This document shows, one piece after another, positions 10,112-19,017 of a stretch of 64,000 nt of DNA (the stretch's first letter is position 1; every line of letters begins with the position of its first letter). The stretch spans positions 672,001 to 736,000 of the forward strand of contig CAVXWZ010000011.1 of assembly GCA_963765575.1 (NCBI GenBank), in the 5' to 3' direction. The DNA is from an uncultured cyanobacterium (lineage in GTDB: Bacteria > Cyanobacteriota > Cyanobacteriia > PCC-6307 > Cyanobiaceae). A model generated the notes under the pieces. The model was not told the origin of the DNA and did not search any database. It was given only the letters and a program-made list of their open reading frames with translations. The position numbers were made by a program, and so were the translations under genes.

Positions 10112-11203
10112 GTGGATGTCGCCGTGGTGGGTGGCGGCCTGGCCGGCGGGCTGCTGGCCCTTGAGCTGGCCGAGCGGGGCCTGGCCACCCAGCTCATCGA
10201 TCCACTCATCGACCCACTCGTCGAACCCCTGATCGGCAATGCCACGGCCCTGAGCTATGGCGCCATGGCCCCCTGGGCGGCCCCTCTGAGCCCGATGGGC
10301 CGCCTGATCCGCGGCGCTCCGGGCCGCTGGCGGGCGCTGCAGCGGCGCCATGGCGACCTGGGCTGGCAGCGTGCCTGCTTCCGTCCCCTCGGCACTGGTG
10401 CACCCCTCGGTGGGCGTCTGCGCTTGCCCTGCAGCCGGGTGCTGGCACCGGTGCTGCAGCGGCGCTGGCCCCAGGTGCTACGTCAGGCCGGCGTGCGGCT
10501 CACGGCAGCGCGGGTGACGGCCCTGGAGCCCCACCCCGCTGTTGCGGGTGGGTGGCGGCTGCAGCTGGAGCGGGGGCCGACGCTGGAGGTGCCCCAGCTG
10601 GTGCTGGCCGCCGGTGCCGGCTGCAGGGCCCTCTGGCCAGCCCTGCCGGCCCGGCTGCGGGCGAGCTGGGCTGGCGTGCTGGTGCTCGACCCGAGGGCTG
10701 GACCGGGCCCGGCCGGGGGCGGACTGCGCCTGCCGGCCCGCTTCAGCCGCCTGGCCCTGGAGGCCCGGGCCGCGGATCTGCGCGAGCAGGCCTGGGTGGT
10801 GGACCCGGGCCTGCTGAGCTGGGGCGAGGGCTGGCTGGCGGGTCAGATCAGCCTGCTGCGGCCGGCGCTGGACGCCGGCGAACCGCCCCCTGCAGACCTG
10901 CAGGAGACGCGCCTGCGCCAGGCCCTGGCCGCCATCGACAGCGCCCTGGCCACCTGGCCTGGGCGCTTCCGCCAGGTGCCGGTGAGTTTCTGTCCTGGCG
11001 GGCTGCCCCTGGTGGGCCCCCTGGGCGCGCAGGGGTTGTGGGTGTTCAGCGGCTTCAGCGGCGCCTTTGCCCAGGTGCCGGTGCTGGCGCCGCTGCTGGC
11101 CGACGGGATCGCCGCTGTCGCTGCCCCGGCCGGTGCAGGCCAGGGGCGGCTCAGCCAGGTCTGCGGGCGCCTGCAACGGCTCGGTGTGCTGCCTGATCAG
11201 TAG
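10112..11203 (+). CDS. FAD-dependent oxidoreductase (DAO-like)
   Basis: VAVVGGGLAG Rossmann motif, VLAAGAG, GLPLVG. Confidence 0.8.
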   Translation: MDVAVVGGGLAGGLLALELAERGLATQLIDPLIDPLVEPLIGNATALSYGAMAPWAAPLSPMGRLIRGAPGRWRALQRRHGDLGWQRACFRPLGTGAPLGGRLRLPCSRVLAPVLQRRWPQVLRQAGVRLTAARVTALEPHPAVAGGWRLQLERGPTLEVPQLVLAAGAGCRALWPALPARLRASWAGVLVLDPRAGPGPAGGGLRLPARFSRLALEARAADLREQAWVVDPGLLSWGEGWLAGQISLLRPALDAGEPPPADLQETRLRQALAAIDSALATWPGRFRQVPVSFCPGGLPLVGPLGAQGLWVFSGFSGAFAQVPVLAPLLADGIAAVAAPAGAGQGRLSQVCGRLQRLGVLPDQ

Positions 11204-12102
11204 GTGTAGCGGCCGTCGTCACGGCCGGCTCCCCTGCCGGACGGTTCCGGCCAGGTGGCCTCCCAGTAGCTGATGCCATCGAGGTAGAAGGGGTAGCCGT
11301 CCAGCCGCTCGATCTGCAGTTCGGTGGTGCCCATGGCGGTGATCAGCCCGCCCAGCTCCATCGGCCCCAGGTCGGTCTTGATGTCGTTGCCGACCGCCGC
11401 CAGCACCATCGGCAGCCGCACCAGTTGGTCGGGGCGGGTGAGCTTGCGGAAGAGGGCATGCAGGGCCAGTTGCTGGCGTTCGATGCGGCCGATGTCGCCC
11501 ATCTCGTCGTGGCGGAAGCGCAGAAAACCCTCCAGATCCTTCCCCCGCAGGTTCTGGCGGCCGGGCTGAAGATCGATCGTCAGGCCCTGGCTCTGGTCCA
11601 CGTAGTAGAGGCGCTTGGGCACATCCACCTCGATGCCGCCCACGGCATCGGCCATGCGCCGGATCGCCGCCAGGTTCACCACCACGGTGTGGCTGATCGG
11701 CCGGCCCATGCGGCGCGAGAGCTCGCGCGTCACCAGGTCCCTGCCACCGAGGGGGTAGAGGGCGTTCACCTTCTGGGGGCCGTAGCCCTCCACCTCGATG
11801 TAGGTGTCGCGTGGCACCTGGGTCACCTTGGTGGTGCCGCCGTCGATGCGCACGCTGGCGATGACGTCGGTGAGGCCGCCCTGGGCATCGGTGCCGAGCA
11901 GGAGGATGTTCTGGCTGCCCACCCGGCTCCAGGCGGCAAAGGGGTTGATGACGCGCTGGTTGTTCTCCAGCGGGTTCTCACTCAGCCACTCCGCGAGCGG
12001 CTGGGCCAGCAGCAGACCGCCGCCGAGACCGAGGGCCATGGCCAGCAGCACAGGCCCCCGGTGGCCCCGCCTGCGTGTCCGTCGACCTGCCGAACGGCTC
12101 AT
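11197..12102 (-). CDS. LCP (LytR-CpsA-Psr) family protein
   Basis: N-terminal TM, NILLLGTD, VPRDT, LRFRHDEMGDIGRIERQQ. Confidence 0.92.
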   Translation of the reverse strand: MSRSAGRRTRRRGHRGPVLLAMALGLGGGLLLAQPLAEWLSENPLENNQRVINPFAAWSRVGSQNILLLGTDAQGGLTDVIASVRIDGGTTKVTQVPRDTYIEVEGYGPQKVNALYPLGGRDLVTRELSRRMGRPISHTVVVNLAAIRRMADAVGGIEVDVPKRLYYVDQSQGLTIDLQPGRQNLRGKDLEGFLRFRHDEMGDIGRIERQQLALHALFRKLTRPDQLVRLPMVLAAVGNDIKTDLGPMELGGLITAMGTTELQIERLDGYPFYLDGISYWEATWPEPSGRGAGRDDGRYTY

Positions 12103-12232
12103 GACACCAACGCTATGGCAGCCCCGGGCGCCGGCGGCCGGGTGGTGCCGCTGGCCCAACCGGTCGGTCGCCCTGCCGCCGCCCTACGGCACGGTGGGGC
12201 CAGGGGCCAGGCGCAGGGGGTGGTGGAGCTGC

Positions 12233-14056
12233 TCACAGGGCCAGCCGCTCGCCACTGCGCAGCCCGGCCTGCACGCGCCAGAGATTGGCGTAGGCGCCTT
12301 CGGCGGCGATCAGCTCCTCGTGGCGGCCGCTCTCCACGATCCGGCCCTGCTCCATGACCACGATGCGGTCGGCGTGGCGCACGGTCGAAAGCCGGTGGGC
12401 GATCACCAGGGTGGTGCGTTCGGCCGTGATCAGATCGAGGGAGCGCTGGATGGCGGCCTCAGTGTCGTTGTCCACCGCGGCGGTGGCCTCGTCGAGGATC
12501 AGCACGGGGGGATTTTTGAGGATGGCGCGGGCCAGGGCGATGCGCTGCCGTTGCCCGCCGCTGAGGCGCTGGCCCCGCTCCCCCACCACCGTGTCGTACC
12601 CCTGGGGCAGGGCGGCGATGAAGCCGGCGGCCTCGGCCAGCTGGGCGGCCCGCTCGATCGCCGCCCGCGGCGCCTCGAAGCTGCCGTAGGCGATGTTTTC
12701 GGCCACGCTGCCATGGAACAAAAAGGCTTCCTGACTCACCAGGCCGATGGCCTGGCGCAGATCGGCGAGCCGCAACTGGCTGATCGGCACGCCGTCGAGG
12801 CGAATGCAACCGGCCTGGAGCTCGTAGAGCCGCAGCAGCAGCTTCACGATCGTGCTCTTGCCTGAGCCGGTGGACCCCACGATCCCCAGAGTGCTGCCCG
12901 CTGGCACCGCCAGGCTGAAGTTGCGCAGCAGGGGGTCGCGGCCGCTGTAGCCGAAGCCCACGGCATCGAAGCGGATCTCGCCACGCACCTGGGCCAGGGA
13001 CAGGGGCTGGCTGCCGCCGGGAATGGCGATGGGGGTGTCCAGCAGATCCAGCACCCGGTCAGTGGAGGCCATCGCCCGCTGGTAGTCATCGAGGGTGCGG
13101 CCCAGGGTGGTGAGGGGCCACAGCAGCCGTTGGGTGATGAACACCAGGAAGGCATAGCTGCCGGTGGCGATCTCGCCGCGCCAGGCCTGCAGGCCGCCGA
13201 TCACCAGGATGGCGATGAAGGCGAACAGAATCGCGTAGCGGATCAGGGGCACAAAGGCGGCTGAGAGGCGGATGGCGCGGCCATTGGCCACCCGATACGA
13301 CTGGCTCTGCGCCCGCAACCGGCCCAGCTCGTGCTGTTCGGCCACGTAGCTCTTGATCGTGAGCATGCCGCCCAGGTTGGTGCTCAGCCGGCTGGCCAGA
13401 TCACCGGCCTGTTCGCGCACGGCTGCGTAGCGGGGTGCCAGGCGCTTCTGAAAGCGCAGCGACCCCCACAGAATCACCGGGATCGGCAGGAAGGAGATGC
13501 CGGCCACCCCCGGGGAGATCACCACCATGGCGCCGCCCACGACCAGCACGGTGGTGAACAGTTGCAGGATCTCGTTGGCACCGTGGTCGAGAAACCGCTC
13601 CAACTGGTTGATGTCGTCATTGAGGACGGCCATCAGCCGGCCGCTGCTGCGCTGCTCGAAGTAGGCCATCTCCAGGTGCTGCAGATGGTCGTAGGCCTCC
13701 AGCCGCAACTCGTGCTGAACCGTCTGGGCAAGATTGCGCCAGAGCACTCCGTAGAGGTATTCGAACAGCGACTCGGCGCTCCAGATCAGGAACGACAGCA
13801 CCGCCAGCACGCCCAGTTGCGAGGGCACGCTGGTGAAGCCCAGGGCCGCCAGCCAGGAGGAGTCCTCCTGCACCACCACGTCCACCGCCAGGCCGATCAG
13901 CACCGGTGGCGCCAGGTCGAACAGCTTGTTGAGCACCGAGCAGCTGGCTGCCAGCCACACCAAACGGCGGTGGGGCCGGAGGGTGCTCAGCAGGCGGCTC
14001 AGACCATCGGTCGCAGGGGAGGTCGTAGGGGAGTGCCGCGAACGGGCGGGAACCAT
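12233..14056 (-). CDS. ABC exporter, fused permease and ATP-binding domains
   Basis: TM domain plus GSTGSGKST, LSGGQRQR and ILDEATA motifs. Confidence 0.93.
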   Translation of the reverse strand: MVPARSRHSPTTSPATDGLSRLLSTLRPHRRLVWLAASCSVLNKLFDLAPPVLIGLAVDVVVQEDSSWLAALGFTSVPSQLGVLAVLSFLIWSAESLFEYLYGVLWRNLAQTVQHELRLEAYDHLQHLEMAYFEQRSSGRLMAVLNDDINQLERFLDHGANEILQLFTTVLVVGGAMVVISPGVAGISFLPIPVILWGSLRFQKRLAPRYAAVREQAGDLASRLSTNLGGMLTIKSYVAEQHELGRLRAQSQSYRVANGRAIRLSAAFVPLIRYAILFAFIAILVIGGLQAWRGEIATGSYAFLVFITQRLLWPLTTLGRTLDDYQRAMASTDRVLDLLDTPIAIPGGSQPLSLAQVRGEIRFDAVGFGYSGRDPLLRNFSLAVPAGSTLGIVGSTGSGKSTIVKLLLRLYELQAGCIRLDGVPISQLRLADLRQAIGLVSQEAFLFHGSVAENIAYGSFEAPRAAIERAAQLAEAAGFIAALPQGYDTVVGERGQRLSGGQRQRIALARAILKNPPVLILDEATAAVDNDTEAAIQRSLDLITAERTTLVIAHRLSTVRHADRIVVMEQGRIVESGRHEELIAAEGAYANLWRVQAGLRSGERLAL

Positions 14057-14134
14057 GGGCCGTGGGGGAATGGTGAAGCTTCGCGCAGGGCCCCGCTGGG
14101 CCAGGAGCTCAGGCGCAGGGGTGCCGCTGAAGCC

Positions 14135-14443
14135 TCACCAGCGATTGCCACCGCCACCGCCGCCACCACCGCCGCCGCCACGACCGCCACCGCCACCACC
14201 TTCGCGGGGGGTGGCTTTGTTGACGCGGATCATGCGACCCATCCACTCCACGTCCTGGAGATCGTCGATGGCTTTCTGCTCGTCGGCCTCCTGGGCGAGT
14301 TCAACAAAGGCGAAGCCACGTTTGCGGCCGGTTTCGCGGTCAAGCGGGAGGCTGCACTGGCGCACCTCGCCGTACTGGGCGAAGAGATCGACAAGGTCTT
14401 CCCGTTCGGCCTGAAACGAGAGGTTGCCCACGTAGATGGTCAT
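14135..14443 (-). CDS. rbp: RRM RNA-binding protein with glycine-rich tail (copy 1)
   Basis: IYVGNL (RNP2), RGFAFVEL (RNP1), poly-Gly C-terminus. Confidence 0.95.
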   Translation of the reverse strand: MTIYVGNLSFQAEREDLVDLFAQYGEVRQCSLPLDRETGRKRGFAFVELAQEADEQKAIDDLQDVEWMGRMIRVNKATPREGGGGGGRGGGGGGGGGGGNRW

Positions 14444-14735
14444 GAATGAAGCGAAGCCAGGAGCTGATCGTTGGCGATTCCTCGAATGCCGGGGTTCCCA
14501 GGGATGGCCCGATGGACCTGGTGGCCCGATCGACCCGGTGGTTGCCGCCGGCAGCCTGAACGCGATGAATTAGTTGAATCCTACGTGGATTCAGGCCGGA
14601 CCATGGAGAAACTTGAAGGACCGTGGAAGACAACCTGAAGAAGTTCGGGTGATCCCGGGCCCCGTCCCATTGTCAGCGAACCCTGATCTGCCTGCGTTCA
14701 GCGGCCCCTCCGCCTCCGTTCCCACCGAAACCCCG

Positions 14736-14939
14736 ATGATGACGGCCCCTGTCCCCTGGAGCCTCGCCTGGAGCGAGGATGGAGAACTGGCTCCGCAGGA
14801 TCGGTTTGACCTGCTGCAGAGCCTGGTGCAGACGGAGGGTCTGGAGGTTCAGTGCTCCCTGATCGCGGCGGTGGAATCGCTGGTCGTCGCCGAGGTCAGC
14901 ACGATGAGCGTCAGCGACGTCACCGGTCTGTGTTCCTGA
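14736..14939 (+). CDS. small hypothetical protein
   Basis: 67-aa ORF with coding-like codon usage between rbp and deaD. Confidence 0.5.
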   Translation: MMTAPVPWSLAWSEDGELAPQDRFDLLQSLVQTEGLEVQCSLIAAVESLVVAEVSTMSVSDVTGLCS

Positions 14940-16785
14940 GACGGCTGATCTGCAGGGGCTTGCTCAGCACCCGCAGGTCCCGCAGGGTCTCAAACACCTC
15001 CTCCGGCATGCCCCGGGGCAGATCCACCGTGCTGTGGGTGTCGAAGATCTGGATGCGGCCGATCGACTTGCCGTTGAGGCCGGTTTCGTTGGCGATCGCG
15101 CCCACCAGGTTGCCCGGCTTGATGCGGTCCCGCCAACCCAGTTCCACGCGGAAGCGCTCCATGTTGTCTTCGGGGGGACCCTGGGGGCGCTCACCGCGGA
15201 CGCCGCGGCGGGGTTCCCGGCCGCGATCCCGACCATCCCGACCGATCCCGTCGCGGCCCGGACCCTGGGGCCGCACCGTGGTGAAGTCGTCGTTGCCCTG
15301 CAGCAGCAGGGGTTTGCCGGCAAGGCTGAGTTCCAGGGCCGCCAGCGCCAGCCGTTCGGGGCTGCAGTCCTGCTCCTGGGCCACCCGCTGCAGGATCTCG
15401 CTGAGCAGGGCACTCTCCTCGTCGCGACAGCTGCTCTGATGCAGAGCGCCGGTGAGGCGCTGGCGCAGGCGATCGAGGCGGTGCTGGTTGATGGTGGCGT
15501 TGCCGGGCACCTCCATGGGCTCGATCGGTTTGCCCGCGGCCCGCTCCAGCCCGCCCAGGAAGCGGCGCTCCCGGGGGGTGAGGAAGAGGATGGCCTCACC
15601 GCTGCGGCCGGCACGACCGGTGCGGCCGATGCGGTGCACATAGGCCTCGCCATCGAAGGGGATGTCGTAGTTGATCACCAGGCCGACGCGCTCCACATCC
15701 AGGCCGCGGGCCGCCACATCAGTGGCCACCAGCACGTCCACATGGCCGCTCTTCAGCCGCTCGATCGTGCGCTCCCGCTGGGCCTGGGGCACGTCGCCGT
15801 TGAGCACGGCCACGTCGTAGCCATGGGCCTCCAGCGACTCGGCCACCGTGACGGTGATGGCTTTGGTGCGGGCGAAGATGATCACACCCTCGCCGCCCTC
15901 GCTCTCCAGCACGCGCTCCAGGGCGCCGATCTTGTGGGGAGCCGGCACGATGAGGTACCGCTGACGGATGCGTCCGGCATCGGCGGCCTTGGTGCGGATC
16001 GTGACCTCCGCCGGGCTGCTCAGGTATTGCTGGGAGATGCGACGGATCTCGGCCGGCATGGTGGCCGAGAACAGCACCACCTGGCGCTGCTTGGGCAACT
16101 GGCCGAGCACCCACTCGACGTCGTCGATGAAGCCCATGCGCAGCATCTCGTCGGCCTCATCGAGCACCAGGGTGCGCAGCCCGGAGAGATCGAGGGTGCC
16201 CTGGCGCATGTGGTCCATCACCCGGCCGGGGGTGCCCACCACGATCTGGGCGCCGCGGCGCAGCTGCTGGATCTGGTCGCGGAAATCGGCGCCGCCGTAG
16301 ATGGCCACGGTGCGCACCCGGGGCAGCTCGGCGGCATAGCTGTTGAACGACGCGGCCACCTGCAGGGCCAGTTCCCGGGTGGGGGCCAGCACCAGCACCT
16401 GGGGGCCGCGCTGCTCGGGATCGAGGCGCGCCAGCATCGGCAGGGCGAAGGCCGCCGTCTTGCCGGTGCCGGTCTGGGCCTGGCCCACCAGGTCGCGGCC
16501 CAGCAGCAGTTCGGGGATGGCCGCCTGCTGGATCGGCGAGGGGTCGCGGTAGCCGATCGCCGCCAGGGTTTTAAGAATTTCGGTGCCGAAGCCGAAATGG
16601 GCAAAGCCGCTCGCCAGGTCGGCGCCGTCGGCAGGGGTGGGGTCGCCGGTTTCAGCGCTGACAGCCTGGCTGGCCTCCTCCTGGGTATCGCCGGCATCGA
16701 CGGGCGTGGACTGGATGGCCGGGGGCTGGGTGTCGGTGGGGCCGCTCAGGCCGTTGTCGTTGGTGGGTTCGATCAGGGAAGTCAA
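14920..16785 (-). CDS. deaD: DEAD-box RNA helicase (DeaD/CsdA type)
   Basis: Q motif, AQTGTGKT, PTRELA, DEAD, SAT and HRIGRTGRAG motifs plus C-terminal DbpA-type RNA-binding domain; probable TTG start at 16785. Confidence 0.93.
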   Translation of the reverse strand: MTSLIEPTNDNGLSGPTDTQPPAIQSTPVDAGDTQEEASQAVSAETGDPTPADGADLASGFAHFGFGTEILKTLAAIGYRDPSPIQQAAIPELLLGRDLVGQAQTGTGKTAAFALPMLARLDPEQRGPQVLVLAPTRELALQVAASFNSYAAELPRVRTVAIYGGADFRDQIQQLRRGAQIVVGTPGRVMDHMRQGTLDLSGLRTLVLDEADEMLRMGFIDDVEWVLGQLPKQRQVVLFSATMPAEIRRISQQYLSSPAEVTIRTKAADAGRIRQRYLIVPAPHKIGALERVLESEGGEGVIIFARTKAITVTVAESLEAHGYDVAVLNGDVPQAQRERTIERLKSGHVDVLVATDVAARGLDVERVGLVINYDIPFDGEAYVHRIGRTGRAGRSGEAILFLTPRERRFLGGLERAAGKPIEPMEVPGNATINQHRLDRLRQRLTGALHQSSCRDEESALLSEILQRVAQEQDCSPERLALAALELSLAGKPLLLQGNDDFTTVRPQGPGRDGIGRDGRDRGREPRRGVRGERPQGPPEDNMERFRVELGWRDRIKPGNLVGAIANETGLNGKSIGRIQIFDTHSTVDLPRGMPEEVFETLRDLRVLSKPLQISRLRNTDR

Positions 16786-16978
16786 GTCGTGGTGCCTCGG
16801 GGAATGCGTGCAGCCCGGAGCCCAGGGCCTGGGGCCTGGTGGGTCCTTCAATGCAGATCCGGCAGCTACCCAGAGGGGCTTGAGACACCCCACGAAACTT
16901 TCTGCCTTCTGTCTGCCTTGCCGTTGTCTGGTTGCCGTGCGATGCGGCAACCCAATGGAGAGCTGATAGGAAATCTTA

Positions 16979-17365
16979 TCAGTCGTTGCGCCGCTGGCCT
17001 TCGTCGTCGTCCCTCGGGGCCACATCCGCAGCCCGGCCGTAGTCATCGGCCAGGCGCTCGATGTCGTCCTCGCGGAGCGTCGCGCCCCGCTGCAGCTCGA
17101 TGATCTCCAGCGACGCAGGGCCCGCGGCGGCGCGGTGCACGGCACCCTGCGGGATCGTCAGCCCCACCCCGGGCCCCAGCCGGATCTCGGTGCCGTCCAC
17201 CCAGGCCAGGCCGTCACCGGCGGCCACCAGCCAGTGCTCGCAGCGATGGGTGTGGCGCTGCAGGCTGAGCCGCTGCCCCGGCTGCAGCACCAGCCGCTTG
17301 ACGCGGTAGCCCTCGCCCTCGGCCAGGGTCTCGAACCAGCCCCAGGGACGCTGGCTGCGGTTCAT
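16979..17365 (-). CDS. mannose-6-phosphate isomerase type II C-terminal cupin protein
   Basis: RPWGWF, LSLQRHTHRCEHW and EDDIERLADDYGR motifs; start overlaps recD stop. Confidence 0.88.
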   Translation of the reverse strand: MNRSQRPWGWFETLAEGEGYRVKRLVLQPGQRLSLQRHTHRCEHWLVAAGDGLAWVDGTEIRLGPGVGLTIPQGAVHRAAAGPASLEIIELQRGATLREDDIERLADDYGRAADVAPRDDDEGQRRND

Positions 17366-19017
17366 GGCGTCTGCGGTGTGAGCAGCTCGGCGCGCCGCCG
17401 TGCCCGGGTCAGGGCGGTGTAGAGCAGCCGGATCGCCGGCCGCCCGGTTGCCGGCATCAGCACCCACACCTCCTCGTACTCGCTGCCCTGGGCCTTGTGA
17501 ACGCTGAGGGCCAGGGCGGGACTGGCGGCAGGGAGCTGGGCTGGATGAATCCAGAGGGGAGTGTCGCCCCCGGCCGGCGCGAACAGGAGCCGTCGCTCGC
17601 CGCCCCGGTCCACCGCCACGCCCACATCGCCGTTGGCCAGGCCCAGGTCCGGCTGGTTCTGCCGGCAGAGCACCGGTGTGCCGGCCGGCCAGTGGCGGGC
17701 GGATCGCTCGGCCAGCTGCCCCAGCAGCGCCCGGTGCACGGCGTCGACTCCCCAGCGGCCGCCATGGACCGGGCTGAGGGCGATGCAGCAGTCCAGCTGG
17801 CCCAGCAGGGCGGCGGCCCCCTCCGGACGGTCCAGTTGATCGGCTGCGCTGAGGGCGGCCAGCTGCAGCTGCTGCCGGCGCAGGCGATCGATCAGCGTGG
17901 CTGGCAGTCGCTCGGCCGGTTGGCGTTGCCAGTGCAGGTTGGCCTGCGGATCCAGGCCGGCCAGCCAAGCCTCGAGGGTCTCGCCGGCCGGGCTGTCTGG
18001 GCTTGTTGCGCTGCTGCCGCGGCTGCGGGTGGGGGCGCTGTCGCCGTGCTCCTCGAGCTGCTGCCGCAGCCAGGCCGCCAGCTCGGCGATGGCGCCGTTG
18101 TTGCGGTAGGTGGTGTGCAGCTGCACGGCGGCCGCCCCCAGGGCCCGGCGGCGCTCCGGTGCCTGCAGCTCCAGCAGCACGGCGCCGGGCCCCACTGGCG
18201 GCAGCTGGGCGCTGTCGCCCACCAGCACCAGCTGGCAGGCCTGTGGCAGGGCCTCCAGCAGGGCCTGCATCAGGGGCAGATCGAGCATCGACACTTCGTC
18301 CACCACCAGCAGATCGAGGGCCAGGGGGTTGTGGCGGTGGCGGCCGAAGCCCTCGCCCCGGCTCTCCAGCAGGCGGTGCAGGGTGCTGCAGGGCAGCTGG
18401 GGGTGCTGGACCGCGATCGCCGCCCGCAGCCGTGCCGCCGCCTTGCCGGTGGGGGCCGCCAGGTGGATGCGGCTGGCGGGAGACCGGGCCCGCACCGCCG
18501 CCAGCATGCGGCTCACGGTGCTGGTCTTGCCCGTTCCCGGCCCCCCCTCCAGCAGCACCAGCCGCTGCTCCAGAACCGCCACCACCGCCTGACGTTGCTG
18601 AGGGTCGAGGCCGCTGCCGATGCTCTCCAGCAGCTCCTGGGCCAGCGGCTCGGAGGTCTGGCCCTCAGCGCTGGCCCCCAGGGCCCGGCTCAGCAGGGCC
18701 TCCAGCACGGCATCGCGCTGCTGCTGCCAGCGGCGCCAGCAGAGCTGATCGCCCTCGAGCACCAGGGGGGCCCAGGGCCCCGTGCTGAGGGCTGAGGCGC
18801 TCACCACGGAGAGTTGCTCGGGGTCGCGCAGGCTGAGCTGCACCCGCCCTTCCACCAGGGCGGTGGTGAGGGCGGCGATCACCTCCTCCAGGGCTGGGTC
18901 ACGGCCGCAGCCATGGAGGCGGGGCAGGGCTTCGGCCAGGGCTTCGCCCAGGGCGCTGACCCAGGTGGGCTGCTCACTGCTTGCGCCTCCCAGCGTCGAT
19001 GGGCCGGGCCTGGTCAT
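17362..19017 (-). CDS. recD: exodeoxyribonuclease V alpha subunit
   Basis: GGPGTGKT, APTGKAA, VVDEVSM, SVHKAQGSE and LYTALTRAR motifs. Confidence 0.93.
   Translation of the reverse strand: MTRPGPSTLGGASSEQPTWVSALGEALAEALPRLHGCGRDPALEEVIAALTTALVEGRVQLSLRDPEQLSVVSASALSTGPWAPLVLEGDQLCWRRWQQQRDAVLEALLSRALGASAEGQTSEPLAQELLESIGSGLDPQQRQAVVAVLEQRLVLLEGGPGTGKTSTVSRMLAAVRARSPASRIHLAAPTGKAAARLRAAIAVQHPQLPCSTLHRLLESRGEGFGRHRHNPLALDLLVVDEVSMLDLPLMQALLEALPQACQLVLVGDSAQLPPVGPGAVLLELQAPERRRALGAAAVQLHTTYRNNGAIAELAAWLRQQLEEHGDSAPTRSRGSSATSPDSPAGETLEAWLAGLDPQANLHWQRQPAERLPATLIDRLRRQQLQLAALSAADQLDRPEGAAALLGQLDCCIALSPVHGGRWGVDAVHRALLGQLAERSARHWPAGTPVLCRQNQPDLGLANGDVGVAVDRGGERRLLFAPAGGDTPLWIHPAQLPAASPALALSVHKAQGSEYEEVWVLMPATGRPAIRLLYTALTRARRRAELLTPQTP

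Noticed and set aside
10193..10235. Degenerate 12-bp tandem repeat encoding LIDP-LIDP-LVEP; similar short duplications near 29331, 40451 and 47933
   Set aside because: Short in-frame slippage duplications in loops or tails, with no sign of a system
15034..17103. Long antisense ORFs, such as 689 aa here, 841 aa at 24368-26893 and 744 aa at 59718-61952
   Set aside because: Shadow frames of real high-GC genes on the opposite strand, with no family motifs
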